64,000 nucleotides of DNA. Source: Microcoleus sp. (GTDB lineage Bacteria; Cyanobacteriota; Cyanobacteriia; Cyanobacteriales; Microcoleaceae). Numbering within the stretch: position 1 is the first letter of the stretch; every line of letters starts with the position of its first letter. This document shows positions 23,453 through 33,014 of this stretch, piece after piece. Location of the stretch: contig CP181291.1 of NCBI GenBank assembly GCA_052279835.1, positions 3,040,001-3,104,000 of the forward strand. The letters are read 5' to 3'. Under the pieces are notes generated by a model, which did no database searches, was not told the origin of the DNA, and worked only from the letters and a program-made list of their open reading frames with translations. The position numbers and the translations under genes were made by a program.

Positions 23453-25069
23453 ATGAGTAACCTTTCAAACATCCCAGGCGGTGGCGAACCACCCGATCGC
23501 TATCGGAATGTAGGAGAACAAATCCAAGCATTCTTCGATTTTGCCGAAAACAATCCCGATCGCGCTGTTCCTTTTTTCGTCAACATCTGGGAAACTCAAG
23601 CATCCCTAACCAAGCGGGCTTTAGCGCTACAAGGCTTAGGCGTGGCTGCAAAACACTATCACGTTAAAGAGGCTCTAGCAGACTGGGATGTGCTCAGAGA
23701 TATCGCGAAGGAAGTCAAGGGAAAAGGGGAAGTTAGCAACGATTTGACTCGGTGGGCTGCGGCTTCGGCGTTGGAGGCGATCGGATATTCTCGACAGAGT
23801 TTAGAAAATTTACAAGGGGGCGGTTTCACTGAACCTCTGGATCGCATTCGTAGGGAAATTCGCGATCGTAAATTAGCAGAAATTAATAAAATTAAGCGCC
23901 TAAATAGTAGAGGGGAAACAACCGCAGAATATGAAAGGCATTTAGAATTTTGGCTGTACGGGCCGGTTGATGAGTTATTGAATGATAATAGCTCTTGGTG
24001 GGGCGTTTTTGGGGAGTTGGTAAAAGATGTCATTTGCCAATTACACGGGCGAGGGGTGTATTTGGGATTGATGTCACCTAATAAAAATGTACAGGAGGTA
24101 GCGCTAGGCCAAGCTGGGTTGATATTTAAAGAATCTGTTAACATTGAAAATTTTATTTATAGGATTTTGGAAGGCTTTTTGCTCGATAGTAGCCAGGAAA
24201 TGCGTTTGAAAATAAAAGCGGCGGAGATTATTAGCAATGCGAGTGATTTAAAAAAACTTACAACCTTGAGCAAGTTGTTACTGGAAGAGACACAGTTGCG
24301 AAATACAGCAGTTAGGCTTTTAACTCCTTATAAACAAGAGTTAGCGAGAGTTGAATCCGATGCTTATAGGGTATTGGAGGCACTCAATTTTGAGTATAGT
24401 TTAGATAAACCTGAACCAAAATCTTTAAGGATTCCAGAGATAGAGAATCGGATTTCATCAGCAAATCAGTTACAGAGTCAGATTACACAAAAATTTGCAT
24501 CCGCTATAGCAGCAGCAGAAGCCTTAGCAAGCAAATATAGGCGCTCAGCATTAGTGGTGCAATTTTTACAAAACCAGGAATTTGAGATAGAAGATTGGAT
24601 TCAGAAACTTAATAATCAAAAGTCTCAAACAGCCACCGAGCAAGATAAGATTGAATCAAATCAGTTGCTTTTAAAGGGATTAAAAGGCTATGGCTTGAAA
24701 TCGAAAAAATATTTAGCGCAATTATATCGCTGTAAAGAATTAACAACGACAGATCATAGAAACTTCAATTATGAGCAATGTAAAAAACGATTATCCGACT
24801 TAAATAGTTTCAAAAACGAGATAATATCTCGCCTCAATGAAGAAGAAAAAAAAGTATCGGAAGCTACCGATTGGCTAAGTATTCTGATGGCGGGATGTTT
24901 AACATATAATCTTTTAAGCTTTATTCATCTGGAATCATTAGTATTCTTGTTAGTATGTTTTTGGTCTTTCTCCTTCTTCTTCGTAATTTTTAGGTCTATC
25001 TTCATGTCTATCAAAGAAAAGGAAATAAGACGGATCGTGAGGAGATTGAACGAACAATGGAGAGCATAA
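23453..25069 (+). CDS. Helical/coiled-coil protein with two C-terminal transmembrane segments
   Basis: HEAT-like N-terminus (TRWAAASALEAIG), long Q/E/K-rich coils, hydrophobic WLSILMAGCL..LVFLLVCFWSFSFFFVIF then basic tail; ATG at 23453; overlaps next gene. Confidence 0.75.
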   Translation: MSNLSNIPGGGEPPDRYRNVGEQIQAFFDFAENNPDRAVPFFVNIWETQASLTKRALALQGLGVAAKHYHVKEALADWDVLRDIAKEVKGKGEVSNDLTRWAAASALEAIGYSRQSLENLQGGGFTEPLDRIRREIRDRKLAEINKIKRLNSRGETTAEYERHLEFWLYGPVDELLNDNSSWWGVFGELVKDVICQLHGRGVYLGLMSPNKNVQEVALGQAGLIFKESVNIENFIYRILEGFLLDSSQEMRLKIKAAEIISNASDLKKLTTLSKLLLEETQLRNTAVRLLTPYKQELARVESDAYRVLEALNFEYSLDKPEPKSLRIPEIENRISSANQLQSQITQKFASAIAAAEALASKYRRSALVVQFLQNQEFEIEDWIQKLNNQKSQTATEQDKIESNQLLLKGLKGYGLKSKKYLAQLYRCKELTTTDHRNFNYEQCKKRLSDLNSFKNEIISRLNEEEKKVSEATDWLSILMAGCLTYNLLSFIHLESLVFLLVCFWSFSFFFVIFRSIFMSIKEKEIRRIVRRLNEQWRA

Positions 25070-27153
25070 AAAAAGCATCATATTTTCTAAGTTTTGAACT
25101 TTACCCTCAACGGAATCATCAGCAAACCCGCCAAACTGAACTCCGTAAAAACCTCCTGCAAACCCAACAACAGCTAATAACCTCAATTAGCCGCCTCGAT
25201 ACCAACCTAACAATTTCCCTCCGCTACATCTACGATCCCAATCAATCCCCCAAACTCAAAACCTACCTCCTAATCAATCACCCCCACAACACCCACACCG
25301 CAGAAGATTCCGAACAAATCCTCAGCCTCCTCACCAAAGGCAAATTAAGCCAATTCTTCACCCTCACCCCTCAACCAAACCTTACCCCATTCCAAAACTT
25401 AGGCTGGGTGCAAACAATTGGCGAAATTCTCAAACATGAAGAATTCATCGCACCCCAAAATTACTACCTACCTCACCTCTTCGAGGCAAATCAAAGCAAT
25501 GATATGTCAGCAGTCTGCGATGTCATCCACCGCTTAGACAGCAAACTCATTTTAGAAATCACCCTGAAAACCTATGACAACCCCACTCAAAAATCATTGT
25601 GGGTAAACGCCATCAACCAAATGCTCGCTCAATTGGAGAAAGTCAACGCCAACACCAGCGGAATCAAAGACAACATTCTCTCAGTGACATCAGCACTCTA
25701 CCAAAAATACCAACAGTCCTATCCCAACAGCGACCTATTCCAATATAGCATCAAAGCCTTAGCCGAAAATCGTGCCGATGCTTTTCCCGTCCTCGACACC
25801 CTCATCCATGAAGCCATCAAAGAAACACCTCACGGGAAACGATGCCGAATCATCCAAGTCAGCAAAAATCAACCAGGTTTTTCCGAAAGCTTGGAAGCCA
25901 CAAAAAACGTAAATATTTCCAGTGCGATTGAATGGGAAGGCTGGCATAAAAACAACAGTGAAATATCAATTGCCAATGCAATTCAGCCAGAAAAAAAAGG
26001 ATTAGGAAAATTCGGCGGCGATTCTGGGAGTCTTCCCGACAAACCATCATTTAACCATCAAAATCAACCACCAATGATAGGCGGTGTCAATTCAGAGCAA
26101 AATCAAAATCTACCGCAGTTATATAATGCTGTTTCAGATGGTTCTGGTTTAGCGAAGTCTTCATCAAGTCCCGCACCTTCTCGGATAGTTGATTTAAAGC
26201 CATTGCATCGGCTGGCGACGGCTCAAGAAATTAGCGGCTTTTTCCGCATTGGTATTCCCAAAGAAATCTCTAAAGAAATCCCTATTGAAAGTATGACAGA
26301 AAAATCATTGCCCGTGGCGAATTCTGAAGACTTATTCAATTATTACAAAAGTCTTCTCGAACAAGATTATGAGACTTACCGAGATTGCTACATTGTAGGC
26401 ATTAATGATGAGGGAAATCCCGTAGAATCAAGCTGGGCAGAAACTCCTCATCGCTTAGTTGCTGGCGTACCAGGTGCGGGGAAAACTAACTTTCTGAATT
26501 GGGTAATTTTCCAGTTTCTCTATGCTAATCCCACCGGAAAAATTTATATTGCCGATTTTGCTGGAGTTGACTTTAACTTTTTGGCAAAGCACTTCAAGGA
26601 TAACGTTGAAATTATCACAACCGTAGAAGAATGTCAAAAATTAGTTGAAAAAATTCATACTGAGGAGTATCAAAGACGAATTGAGTTAATGAAAGAAGCT
26701 GAAGTCCAAAATATTCAACAGTTAAGAGAAGAGGGCGTTGAGATTCAGCGCACGCTTTGGATTATTGATGAAGCAGCAGATATAGCACTTGCACCCAGCA
26801 AATTAAAAGAAACGATTCAGACGAGATTAATTGAGTATGCGCGTAAGGGGCGTAAATGCGGTCTTCACGTCATTTATTGCACTCAAAGACCATCAACTAC
26901 CATAATTACACCACAGGTGCTTGAGTCCTGCGAAGAAAAAATAGTTTTCCGAGTAAGTTTAGTGGCAAGTGAAGCTATTATAGAAAGTAGCCAAGCTGCT
27001 AAAATCTCCAAGGAATCTCGCGGCAGGGCTGTTTTAATGCTAGTTGGAGGTGATGACAATGATTATATAAACACTCCCTATATTCAAGTTCCTGTGGGCA
27101 AGAAAGTCTTAGTAGAAGATACGCTATGGCGTTATCTGGCTACTAAACTGTAA
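25057..27153 (+). CDS. FtsK/SpoIIIE-family ATPase with single C-terminal ATPase domain
   Basis: PHRLVAGVPGAGKT (Walker A), WIIDEAA (Walker B), ARKGRKCG arginine region, CTQRP motif. Confidence 0.88.
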   Translation: MESIKKASYFLSFELYPQRNHQQTRQTELRKNLLQTQQQLITSISRLDTNLTISLRYIYDPNQSPKLKTYLLINHPHNTHTAEDSEQILSLLTKGKLSQFFTLTPQPNLTPFQNLGWVQTIGEILKHEEFIAPQNYYLPHLFEANQSNDMSAVCDVIHRLDSKLILEITLKTYDNPTQKSLWVNAINQMLAQLEKVNANTSGIKDNILSVTSALYQKYQQSYPNSDLFQYSIKALAENRADAFPVLDTLIHEAIKETPHGKRCRIIQVSKNQPGFSESLEATKNVNISSAIEWEGWHKNNSEISIANAIQPEKKGLGKFGGDSGSLPDKPSFNHQNQPPMIGGVNSEQNQNLPQLYNAVSDGSGLAKSSSSPAPSRIVDLKPLHRLATAQEISGFFRIGIPKEISKEIPIESMTEKSLPVANSEDLFNYYKSLLEQDYETYRDCYIVGINDEGNPVESSWAETPHRLVAGVPGAGKTNFLNWVIFQFLYANPTGKIYIADFAGVDFNFLAKHFKDNVEIITTVEECQKLVEKIHTEEYQRRIELMKEAEVQNIQQLREEGVEIQRTLWIIDEAADIALAPSKLKETIQTRLIEYARKGRKCGLHVIYCTQRPSTTIITPQVLESCEEKIVFRVSLVASEAIIESSQAAKISKESRGRAVLMLVGGDDNDYINTPYIQVPVGKKVLVEDTLWRYLATKL

Positions 27154-27189
27154 AATGTTTTTATCTATTCCTTAGATGGAGGTATCTAA

Positions 27190-27408
27190 ATGACTGTCAA
27201 AGCTGAAATTGAAGAATTCCAATCCATGATTAACAGAATAGTTGAGTCTCTGGAAGATGTGAGTAGCTCATCAGCAACTATTGGTGAGACGGGAACGGAT
27301 GAATTAAGCAACAAATTATCAAGTTTAATGGATGGCACTGAGGAGGTATCTAGCGAACTCATAACAGCCATAGAAATGCTTGAAGGAATTAAATCCCGTT
27401 GGGGTTAA
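27190..27408 (+). CDS. 72-aa acidic helical-hairpin protein (WXG100/Esx-like by size and pattern)
   Basis: GGAGG RBS; two amphipathic helices around GETGT; paralog of the next gene's N-terminus. Confidence 0.75.
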   Translation: MTVKAEIEEFQSMINRIVESLEDVSSSSATIGETGTDELSNKLSSLMDGTEEVSSELITAIEMLEGIKSRWG

Positions 27409-27418
27409 GGAGTAAAAT

Positions 27419-28264
27419 ATGGCACTCAGAGATGACATCGAACAATGGCGGACTAAAGTCGCCCAACTACTAGAAGCGATGGATGAAGTTCGTGCTTGCG
27501 CCGATCGACTTTCTGAGTGTCCTGCTTCTGAGTTAGGCTGGAAGTTTTCGACGCTGCTAGAAATGTGTGAGGAAAGCTTAAGTCAAGTTGAACGTTTGAG
27601 AGAGGAATTGGCAGAGATCCAAAGTCGGTGGGGTTTTGGTAATGTTAGAAGGTTGCCAGTAAAAACTATAGCAGGCTGGGATAAATGGCAACGGGGTTTA
27701 CAAGACAAGCTGCCTCGCAAAGAAAACTATAGTAAAGACCTCAAAACTCTCTTAAATACTTGGAAAGGAGATAACTGGGGATTTTTTGTAGAGCAACAGT
27801 TATCTTTTGAACAGTGGCACTTGGAAGGTAAAATATGGGCTAAAGAAGATATTGATAGTCCCTACTTGCCAAGCGTCATCACTCGACCAAAAGATCCAAG
27901 GACAGAAGCAGAAAAAGAGTGCGATCGACAGATGTTAAAAGTTACCAATGTTGAAGGCTCTAAGGTTCAGTATGATGCTGTCATAAAAAAAGATCGCCTC
28001 GATCCATCTTTAGCAAAAGAAGTTGCAGAGTTTAAGCTACGCGAAACATCCACAAGAATCAATCAAGCTAAAATTCAAGCTGAAGATTTAGCTGTTGAAT
28101 CAGCTAAGCAGGGAAAGCCTAGCCGAATTGCCTATTATTTTTACGAAAAGCCATCAGACAAGGAGATTAATAAACTTTTGGGAATATATAAAATGGCTTC
28201 TGAAAAACATCATGGCGCTAGCGTAGAGGTTCAATTTCTATTTGCGGAAGATGGAGATAGATAG
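27419..28264 (+). CDS. Putative polymorphic toxin: helical N-terminal domain plus restriction-endonuclease-fold C-terminus
   Basis: AAGGAG RBS; VQYD...AEFK...QAKIQ...IAYYFYE resembles PD-(D/E)xK Tox-REase domains; followed by an immunity-like gene. Confidence 0.65.
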   Translation: MALRDDIEQWRTKVAQLLEAMDEVRACADRLSECPASELGWKFSTLLEMCEESLSQVERLREELAEIQSRWGFGNVRRLPVKTIAGWDKWQRGLQDKLPRKENYSKDLKTLLNTWKGDNWGFFVEQQLSFEQWHLEGKIWAKEDIDSPYLPSVITRPKDPRTEAEKECDRQMLKVTNVEGSKVQYDAVIKKDRLDPSLAKEVAEFKLRETSTRINQAKIQAEDLAVESAKQGKPSRIAYYFYEKPSDKEINKLLGIYKMASEKHHGASVEVQFLFAEDGDR

Positions 28265-28268
28265 ACTC

Positions 28269-28535
28269 ATGTTTGACTATAAACTTGTAGAAAGTAAACT
28301 CAATGAAGTCATTAACATCCTCAAACCACAACTTTCAGATACTCAAATAGAATTTTTGGTTTCAGACATTCAGGCTGGCGAGTGGAATTTGGCGTTAGAG
28401 ACTTTGTGCGATATTCTCATTGAAGAAGAAATTCCCATAGATTTAAAGGCTTATGAGCTCTTGCAAGAAGTCGGCAATATCTTGAACATGGAACGGGAAA
28501 CTTGGGAGATGCTAAAAGTCCAAGTAGCTCCTTAA
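28269..28535 (+). CDS. MafI-like immunity protein
   Basis: AGEWNLALETLCDILIEEEIPI motif; acidic 88 aa; ATG 4 nt after the toxin stop. Confidence 0.7.
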   Translation: MFDYKLVESKLNEVINILKPQLSDTQIEFLVSDIQAGEWNLALETLCDILIEEEIPIDLKAYELLQEVGNILNMERETWEMLKVQVAP

Positions 28536-28611
28536 ACTTAGCTTTCGGTGCGGGAGAGACTATCGAATATGTTAGACTTATGTCTAGAGAAGAGAAAGGG
28601 AGTCAAATAAA

Positions 28612-29109
28612 ATGACAACTATCCAATCAATGACAACTGCAATAACATCCCTTTATGAACAGGATTTTTATCTGTGGTTACAGACAACTATCAACTTATT
28701 AAAAGAGGGAAAGTTTTCTGAAATAGATTTAGAGAACTTACTAGAGGAACTGGAAAGCATGGGGAAAAGCGATAAAAATGCTTTAAAAAGTAATTTGAGG
28801 GTACTTTTAATGCACTTACTTAAGTATAAATATCAGCCGGAAAAACGAACAAATAGTTGGCATTACACCATTATAGAACATCGGATACGCCTCGGAGATA
28901 CCTTCAAAACCAGTCCGAGTTTATATCGTTTTTTTGAAGATATTTTTAATGAATCTTATCAAAATGCTAGGAAACTAGCCGCAGGTGAAACTGGCTTATC
29001 TATTGCGACATTTCCCCCAGAGTCTCCATTTACTGGAGAAGAAGTTCTTAATCCTGATTTTTTACCGCCTGAGTGCGATCAGTCTGAAAATCCTGAAAAT
29101 ATTGAATAA
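28612..29109 (+). CDS. DUF29 family protein
   Basis: LYEQDFYLWL, DLENLLEELESMG, LLMHLLK, ETGL..FP.E.PF. Confidence 0.9.
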   Translation: MTTIQSMTTAITSLYEQDFYLWLQTTINLLKEGKFSEIDLENLLEELESMGKSDKNALKSNLRVLLMHLLKYKYQPEKRTNSWHYTIIEHRIRLGDTFKTSPSLYRFFEDIFNESYQNARKLAAGETGLSIATFPPESPFTGEEVLNPDFLPPECDQSENPENIE

Positions 29110-29150
29110 TTGAATCATAATAGTATCAACGAATATGCAAAAGCGAGGAA

Positions 29151-29696
29151 ATGACTATGGTCACTGCTACTGCTGTACAGGATAATTTTACTTTAGAAGA
29201 GTTCACGGTCGCTCCACCCGATAACATGGAATTGGTAGACGGCCAACTTGTGGAGAAAAATGGCATGACAATCAAGACGGGGAAAATTCAGTTAAGCCTG
29301 GGGGAGGCTTGGAAAAATTACAAAGATTCTAGCGGACAAGGTGGAGAGGCTTATGTCGAGGTTCCTTGCCGCACCAACCGACAAATTCGCCGTCCCGATG
29401 TCGCCTATCTCACACCAGAATTAGTTGCACAATTTGGTAATCTTGCCACTTTACCCCAAAGTTTTCCCCTAATTGCCGAAATAGTTTCACCCACCGATAT
29501 TGCTGAAGATGTCTTTCTCAAAGCACAAGAATATTTAGAATCTAGCTGTCAGGAAGTCTGGTTAGTTTTTCCCGAAAGTCGTTTAATATTCGTGATGACT
29601 CAAAATCAAATATTGACATTTATATCCGGTGATATCGCCAGCACTCAACAAATCCTGCTCGGTTTTAGCATTGAGGTCGATCGATTGCTAGCTTAA
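29151..29696 (+). CDS. Uma2 (DUF820) family endonuclease
   Basis: ELVDG, RRPDVAY, LIAEIVSP, KAQEYL..EVWLV. Confidence 0.9.
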   Translation: MTMVTATAVQDNFTLEEFTVAPPDNMELVDGQLVEKNGMTIKTGKIQLSLGEAWKNYKDSSGQGGEAYVEVPCRTNRQIRRPDVAYLTPELVAQFGNLATLPQSFPLIAEIVSPTDIAEDVFLKAQEYLESSCQEVWLVFPESRLIFVMTQNQILTFISGDIASTQQILLGFSIEVDRLLA

Positions 29697-29879
29697 ACAT
29701 CAAACTAAATTGCTACAATATCTTTAAGACTCCTCAGTCCGCGAAGGCGGACTTCGTTTGTGTATAGCAATCCTAAATCATTTGCATAATTCTTGTAGGG
29801 GCTCTTGGCCCCGTGGTTGCCCGATAGATAGGGGGTAGGCACGGGGGCACTACCCCTACAAATTTACCTGAATCATTTA

Positions 29880-31562
29880 CTGGAGTTTAGACTAAACAGC
29901 TATTAAAGGGCGATCGTCACCGCACTCAAAAACGGCAACGGTCGCTGGCGACAGGTTATGAAGCTCGATCGTAAGATAGAAATCCAGCGACCGTTGACGT
30001 TTTCTTTAAGGGCGCAAACTTGATGAGGGAAGAAACACGCGCCAGGAGCGACCTAATTTCTTGACGGGAGTTGAGACTAAAAAAGAGAGAACGGTGGCTT
30101 TGAGCAAAGCTAAAGCCACCGCGCCGGGAGAGAATGAGGGTGAAAAAGAAAACCTATCCACTCCCTGAATGAACAGTGAACGATTAAAGAACTTTCGTCA
30201 AGCAGCATACGAGTTATTGGTGCGAGCGAAAGATGCCACTTTCGAGCTGATGGATGCAGTGATGACCACCAGAAATGCGTCATGTTTAGCGGAATTTTCA
30301 CTCAGCCCATTATTCAATCGTCAATGGCCAAGTATTTACGAAGCATTACAAGACAGTAGGCCAGACCGAAAAAAACTGATGGAGTTGTACCGAAAGCAAT
30401 TAGAACAGCAAGTACCCCCAACAGAACATATATTAGTCGCGATCGACCACACTGCATGGGCCAGAGCAGAAGCCAAAACATTACAAGACAGAACCCATGA
30501 ATATCAGAGGGGTGTAATTATTGGACAGGGGTACAGTACCATTGCCTGGATACCTGAAGCTCAAGGAAGTTGGGCATTACCCCTACTTCATGAAAGAATC
30601 AGTAGTGGGTCTTCACCCATACTTCAAGCAGCTTCCCAACTCAAACTTGTTTGCGAACAAAGCCTCAATCCAGTCTTAGCAGTTTTAGATCGAGAATATG
30701 GCAATGCAAATTGGGTACTGGCGCAAGCAGACATTCAAGCTGATTGCTTAATGCGAGTCCGAAAGAATGCCTGTTTGTGGTCAGCACCACCAACCTATAG
30801 TGGTCGCGGTAGACCACGTAAGCACGGGCCAAAAATGAGGCTGAATGACCCAACTACATGGCTCCAAGCGGATGCTGCGATCTTCATTGACGAACATCCA
30901 CAGTTGGGACAAGTCCGAGTCAGACAATGGCTTGACCTACATTTCTATCGTGCCGCTGGACAAAAAGTCAATTTAATCCTGGTCGAAAGAATGAAGCCCA
31001 TGTCAAACGGTCAGCCATTTCCACCTTTATGGTTGGTTTGGGTAGGAGAACGAACTCTACCCTTAGAAACTGTTTGGTTTAAGTATTTACGACGTTTTGG
31101 GGTGGATCATTGGTATCGGTTTGCTAAGCAACGATTGCATTGGACATTGCCTAACTTGAGAACTCCTGAACAATGTGAACGTTGGAGTGATTTAATGCCA
31201 TTGATGAGTTGGCAACTCTGGCTGGCTAGGGACTTAGTTCTCGAGCATCGACTGCCTTGGCAATCTGCTAAGATCGATTTAACTCCTGGACGTGTTGCCC
31301 AGTCAATGTTATCAGTTTTAGTTGACATTGGTACTCCTACCAAACTACCAAAACAGAGGGGAAAATCCCCCGGTTGGGAAACAGGAAAGGTACGTACTAA
31401 GGCACCGTGCTATCCCACTGTCAAAAAACGGGTTTCTCGACGCAAAAAATCTTCAAGATTAGCTATTTAATCTGCTCTCTCTTGAGCTTTTGAGTAACAG
31501 CTTGCCGGATCTTCTTTCGGCCGCTACTTTTAGATGCGATCGTTTTTTAGTCTAAACTCCAG
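29880..31562 (+). mobile_element. Complete IS701-like insertion sequence, 1683 bp
   Basis: TIRs CTGGAGTTTAGACTAAA / TTTAGTCTAAACTCCAG; direct repeat TCATTTA at 29873-29879 and 31563-31569 (or CATTT if TIRs are 1 bp longer). Confidence 0.9.
30169..31470 (+). CDS. DDE transposase (DDE_5 / IS701-like)
   Basis: AIDHTAWAR, VLDREYG, GRGRPRKHG, YLRRFGVDHWYRFAKQRLHW. Confidence 0.9.
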   Translation: MNSERLKNFRQAAYELLVRAKDATFELMDAVMTTRNASCLAEFSLSPLFNRQWPSIYEALQDSRPDRKKLMELYRKQLEQQVPPTEHILVAIDHTAWARAEAKTLQDRTHEYQRGVIIGQGYSTIAWIPEAQGSWALPLLHERISSGSSPILQAASQLKLVCEQSLNPVLAVLDREYGNANWVLAQADIQADCLMRVRKNACLWSAPPTYSGRGRPRKHGPKMRLNDPTTWLQADAAIFIDEHPQLGQVRVRQWLDLHFYRAAGQKVNLILVERMKPMSNGQPFPPLWLVWVGERTLPLETVWFKYLRRFGVDHWYRFAKQRLHWTLPNLRTPEQCERWSDLMPLMSWQLWLARDLVLEHRLPWQSAKIDLTPGRVAQSMLSVLVDIGTPTKLPKQRGKSPGWETGKVRTKAPCYPTVKKRVSRRKKSSRLAI

Positions 31563-31639
31563 TCATTTAGGATTGCTATATCCCCGAATTCTATTCGGTG
31601 CTATTTAATTCTTAATATCCCACCATTCTAGAAACCGCC

Positions 31640-32821
31640 ATGTCAGACGACTTTTCCCTAGACGACCTTTTAAACAACAGCTACGATGCTTTCAAAGACG
31701 CAGAAAATAACGTGGGACAGTGCAATGTTTTAGTCATCGGTAAAACAGGCGTAGGCAAAAGTACCCTGATTAATGCTGTGTTTCGCCAGCGCTTAGCAGA
31801 AACCGGAGTCGGCCGCCCCGTCACTCACGGTATTCGCCAATATACCAAGCCAAATTGCCCGATCGCAGTTTACGACACTCCCGGACTCGAACTCAATGCC
31901 GAACAAATTAAAATTATTCAATTAAACGTTGCTAAACTAATTGAAGACCAAAGACTCCTGCACCCCAAAGAACACATACACGTCATCTGGTACTGCATCA
32001 ATCACGGCGCAAATCGAATAGAATCCGTGGAGGAAGGCTGGCTAAGAGAAATGGAAATCATGGATGTACCAGTTATTTTAGTGCTGACTCAAACTACATC
32101 GAAAAAACCGAGCGAGTTTTTCAAGCAACTGGAACACATGAATTTACCAGTCAGTCAAATCATCCCCGTCATGGCGGAACCGGAAGAAATTGATGAGGAC
32201 TATACAGTAAAATCTCACGGTTTAGACAAGTTGGTCGATGCCACTTTTCAACTGCTACCGGAAGTAGCTAAAAAAGCTTTTGTTAAAGAGCAAATTGCCA
32301 ATATTGCACTTAAGTCTGATATGGCATTTAAATATCTCAGTGCCTATGTTGCAGGTTCTGCGATTATCGGTGCGACTCCTATACCGTTTGCTGATGCGCC
32401 AATTTTGATGACGATGCAAACGGCAATGATTGCGAATATTACTGTGATTTTTGGAATGCCTTTTGATAAGGGGTTTATCTCCGCAATGCTATCAGCTATT
32501 AGCGGCAGTGGTGGGGTTACTGCTGTGGGCAGAAGCATTGTGACTAATTTGATTAAAATGATTCCCGGTGCGGGTACAATTGTGGGTGGTGCTATCTCTG
32601 GTGCTACGGCAGCAACTCTCACCCTGGCTCTGGGTTTGGCTTATATTGAAGTGCTAAAAACTTATATGAAATCTCAAATTAATGGAGAACAAATTTCTTT
32701 GCCACAGTTAACTAAAATGTTGGTGGATTTGTATAAGGATTATGCAACTTCGGGACGCAAAACTTTGCTGGATGATAAGCAGAATCAACCGAAGCCTCCT
32801 AATCAAATTGATATTCAGTAG
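31640..32821 (+). CDS. GTPase with C-terminal DUF697/YcjF-like domain
   Basis: GKTGVGKS, DTPG, IHVIWYCI; ATPIPFADAPIL and Gly-rich hydrophobic hairpin. Confidence 0.85.
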   Translation: MSDDFSLDDLLNNSYDAFKDAENNVGQCNVLVIGKTGVGKSTLINAVFRQRLAETGVGRPVTHGIRQYTKPNCPIAVYDTPGLELNAEQIKIIQLNVAKLIEDQRLLHPKEHIHVIWYCINHGANRIESVEEGWLREMEIMDVPVILVLTQTTSKKPSEFFKQLEHMNLPVSQIIPVMAEPEEIDEDYTVKSHGLDKLVDATFQLLPEVAKKAFVKEQIANIALKSDMAFKYLSAYVAGSAIIGATPIPFADAPILMTMQTAMIANITVIFGMPFDKGFISAMLSAISGSGGVTAVGRSIVTNLIKMIPGAGTIVGGAISGATAATLTLALGLAYIEVLKTYMKSQINGEQISLPQLTKMLVDLYKDYATSGRKTLLDDKQNQPKPPNQIDIQ

Positions 32822-33014
32822 ATGGGCCATGGGGCATGGGGCATGGGGAACCCCCCCCTGCCCCCCCCAAGGGGGGAAAAACATCGGGCATTGGTTAGTT
32901 CCAATTACCAATTACCCATTCCCAATTCCCCATTCCCAATTCCCAATTACCCATTCCCAATTCTCAATTTCCATAGATTGCTATAATATGAGTGAATTCT
33001 GCAAAAGGGAGTAA

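Larger units (their letters stand above)
29765..31578. mobile_element. TA-flanked MITE interrupted by the IS below
   Basis: TAGCAATCCTAAATCATT at left; reconstructed AATCATTTAGGATTGCTA at right; TA on both sides. Confidence 0.7.

Noticed and set aside
27190..27408. Calling this a canonical WXG100/EsxA
   Set aside because: Only 72 aa and no central W-x-G; reported as WXG100-like by analogy only
21194..28535. Prophage or integrative conjugative element
   Set aside because: No integrase, relaxase, structural genes or att repeats could be identified
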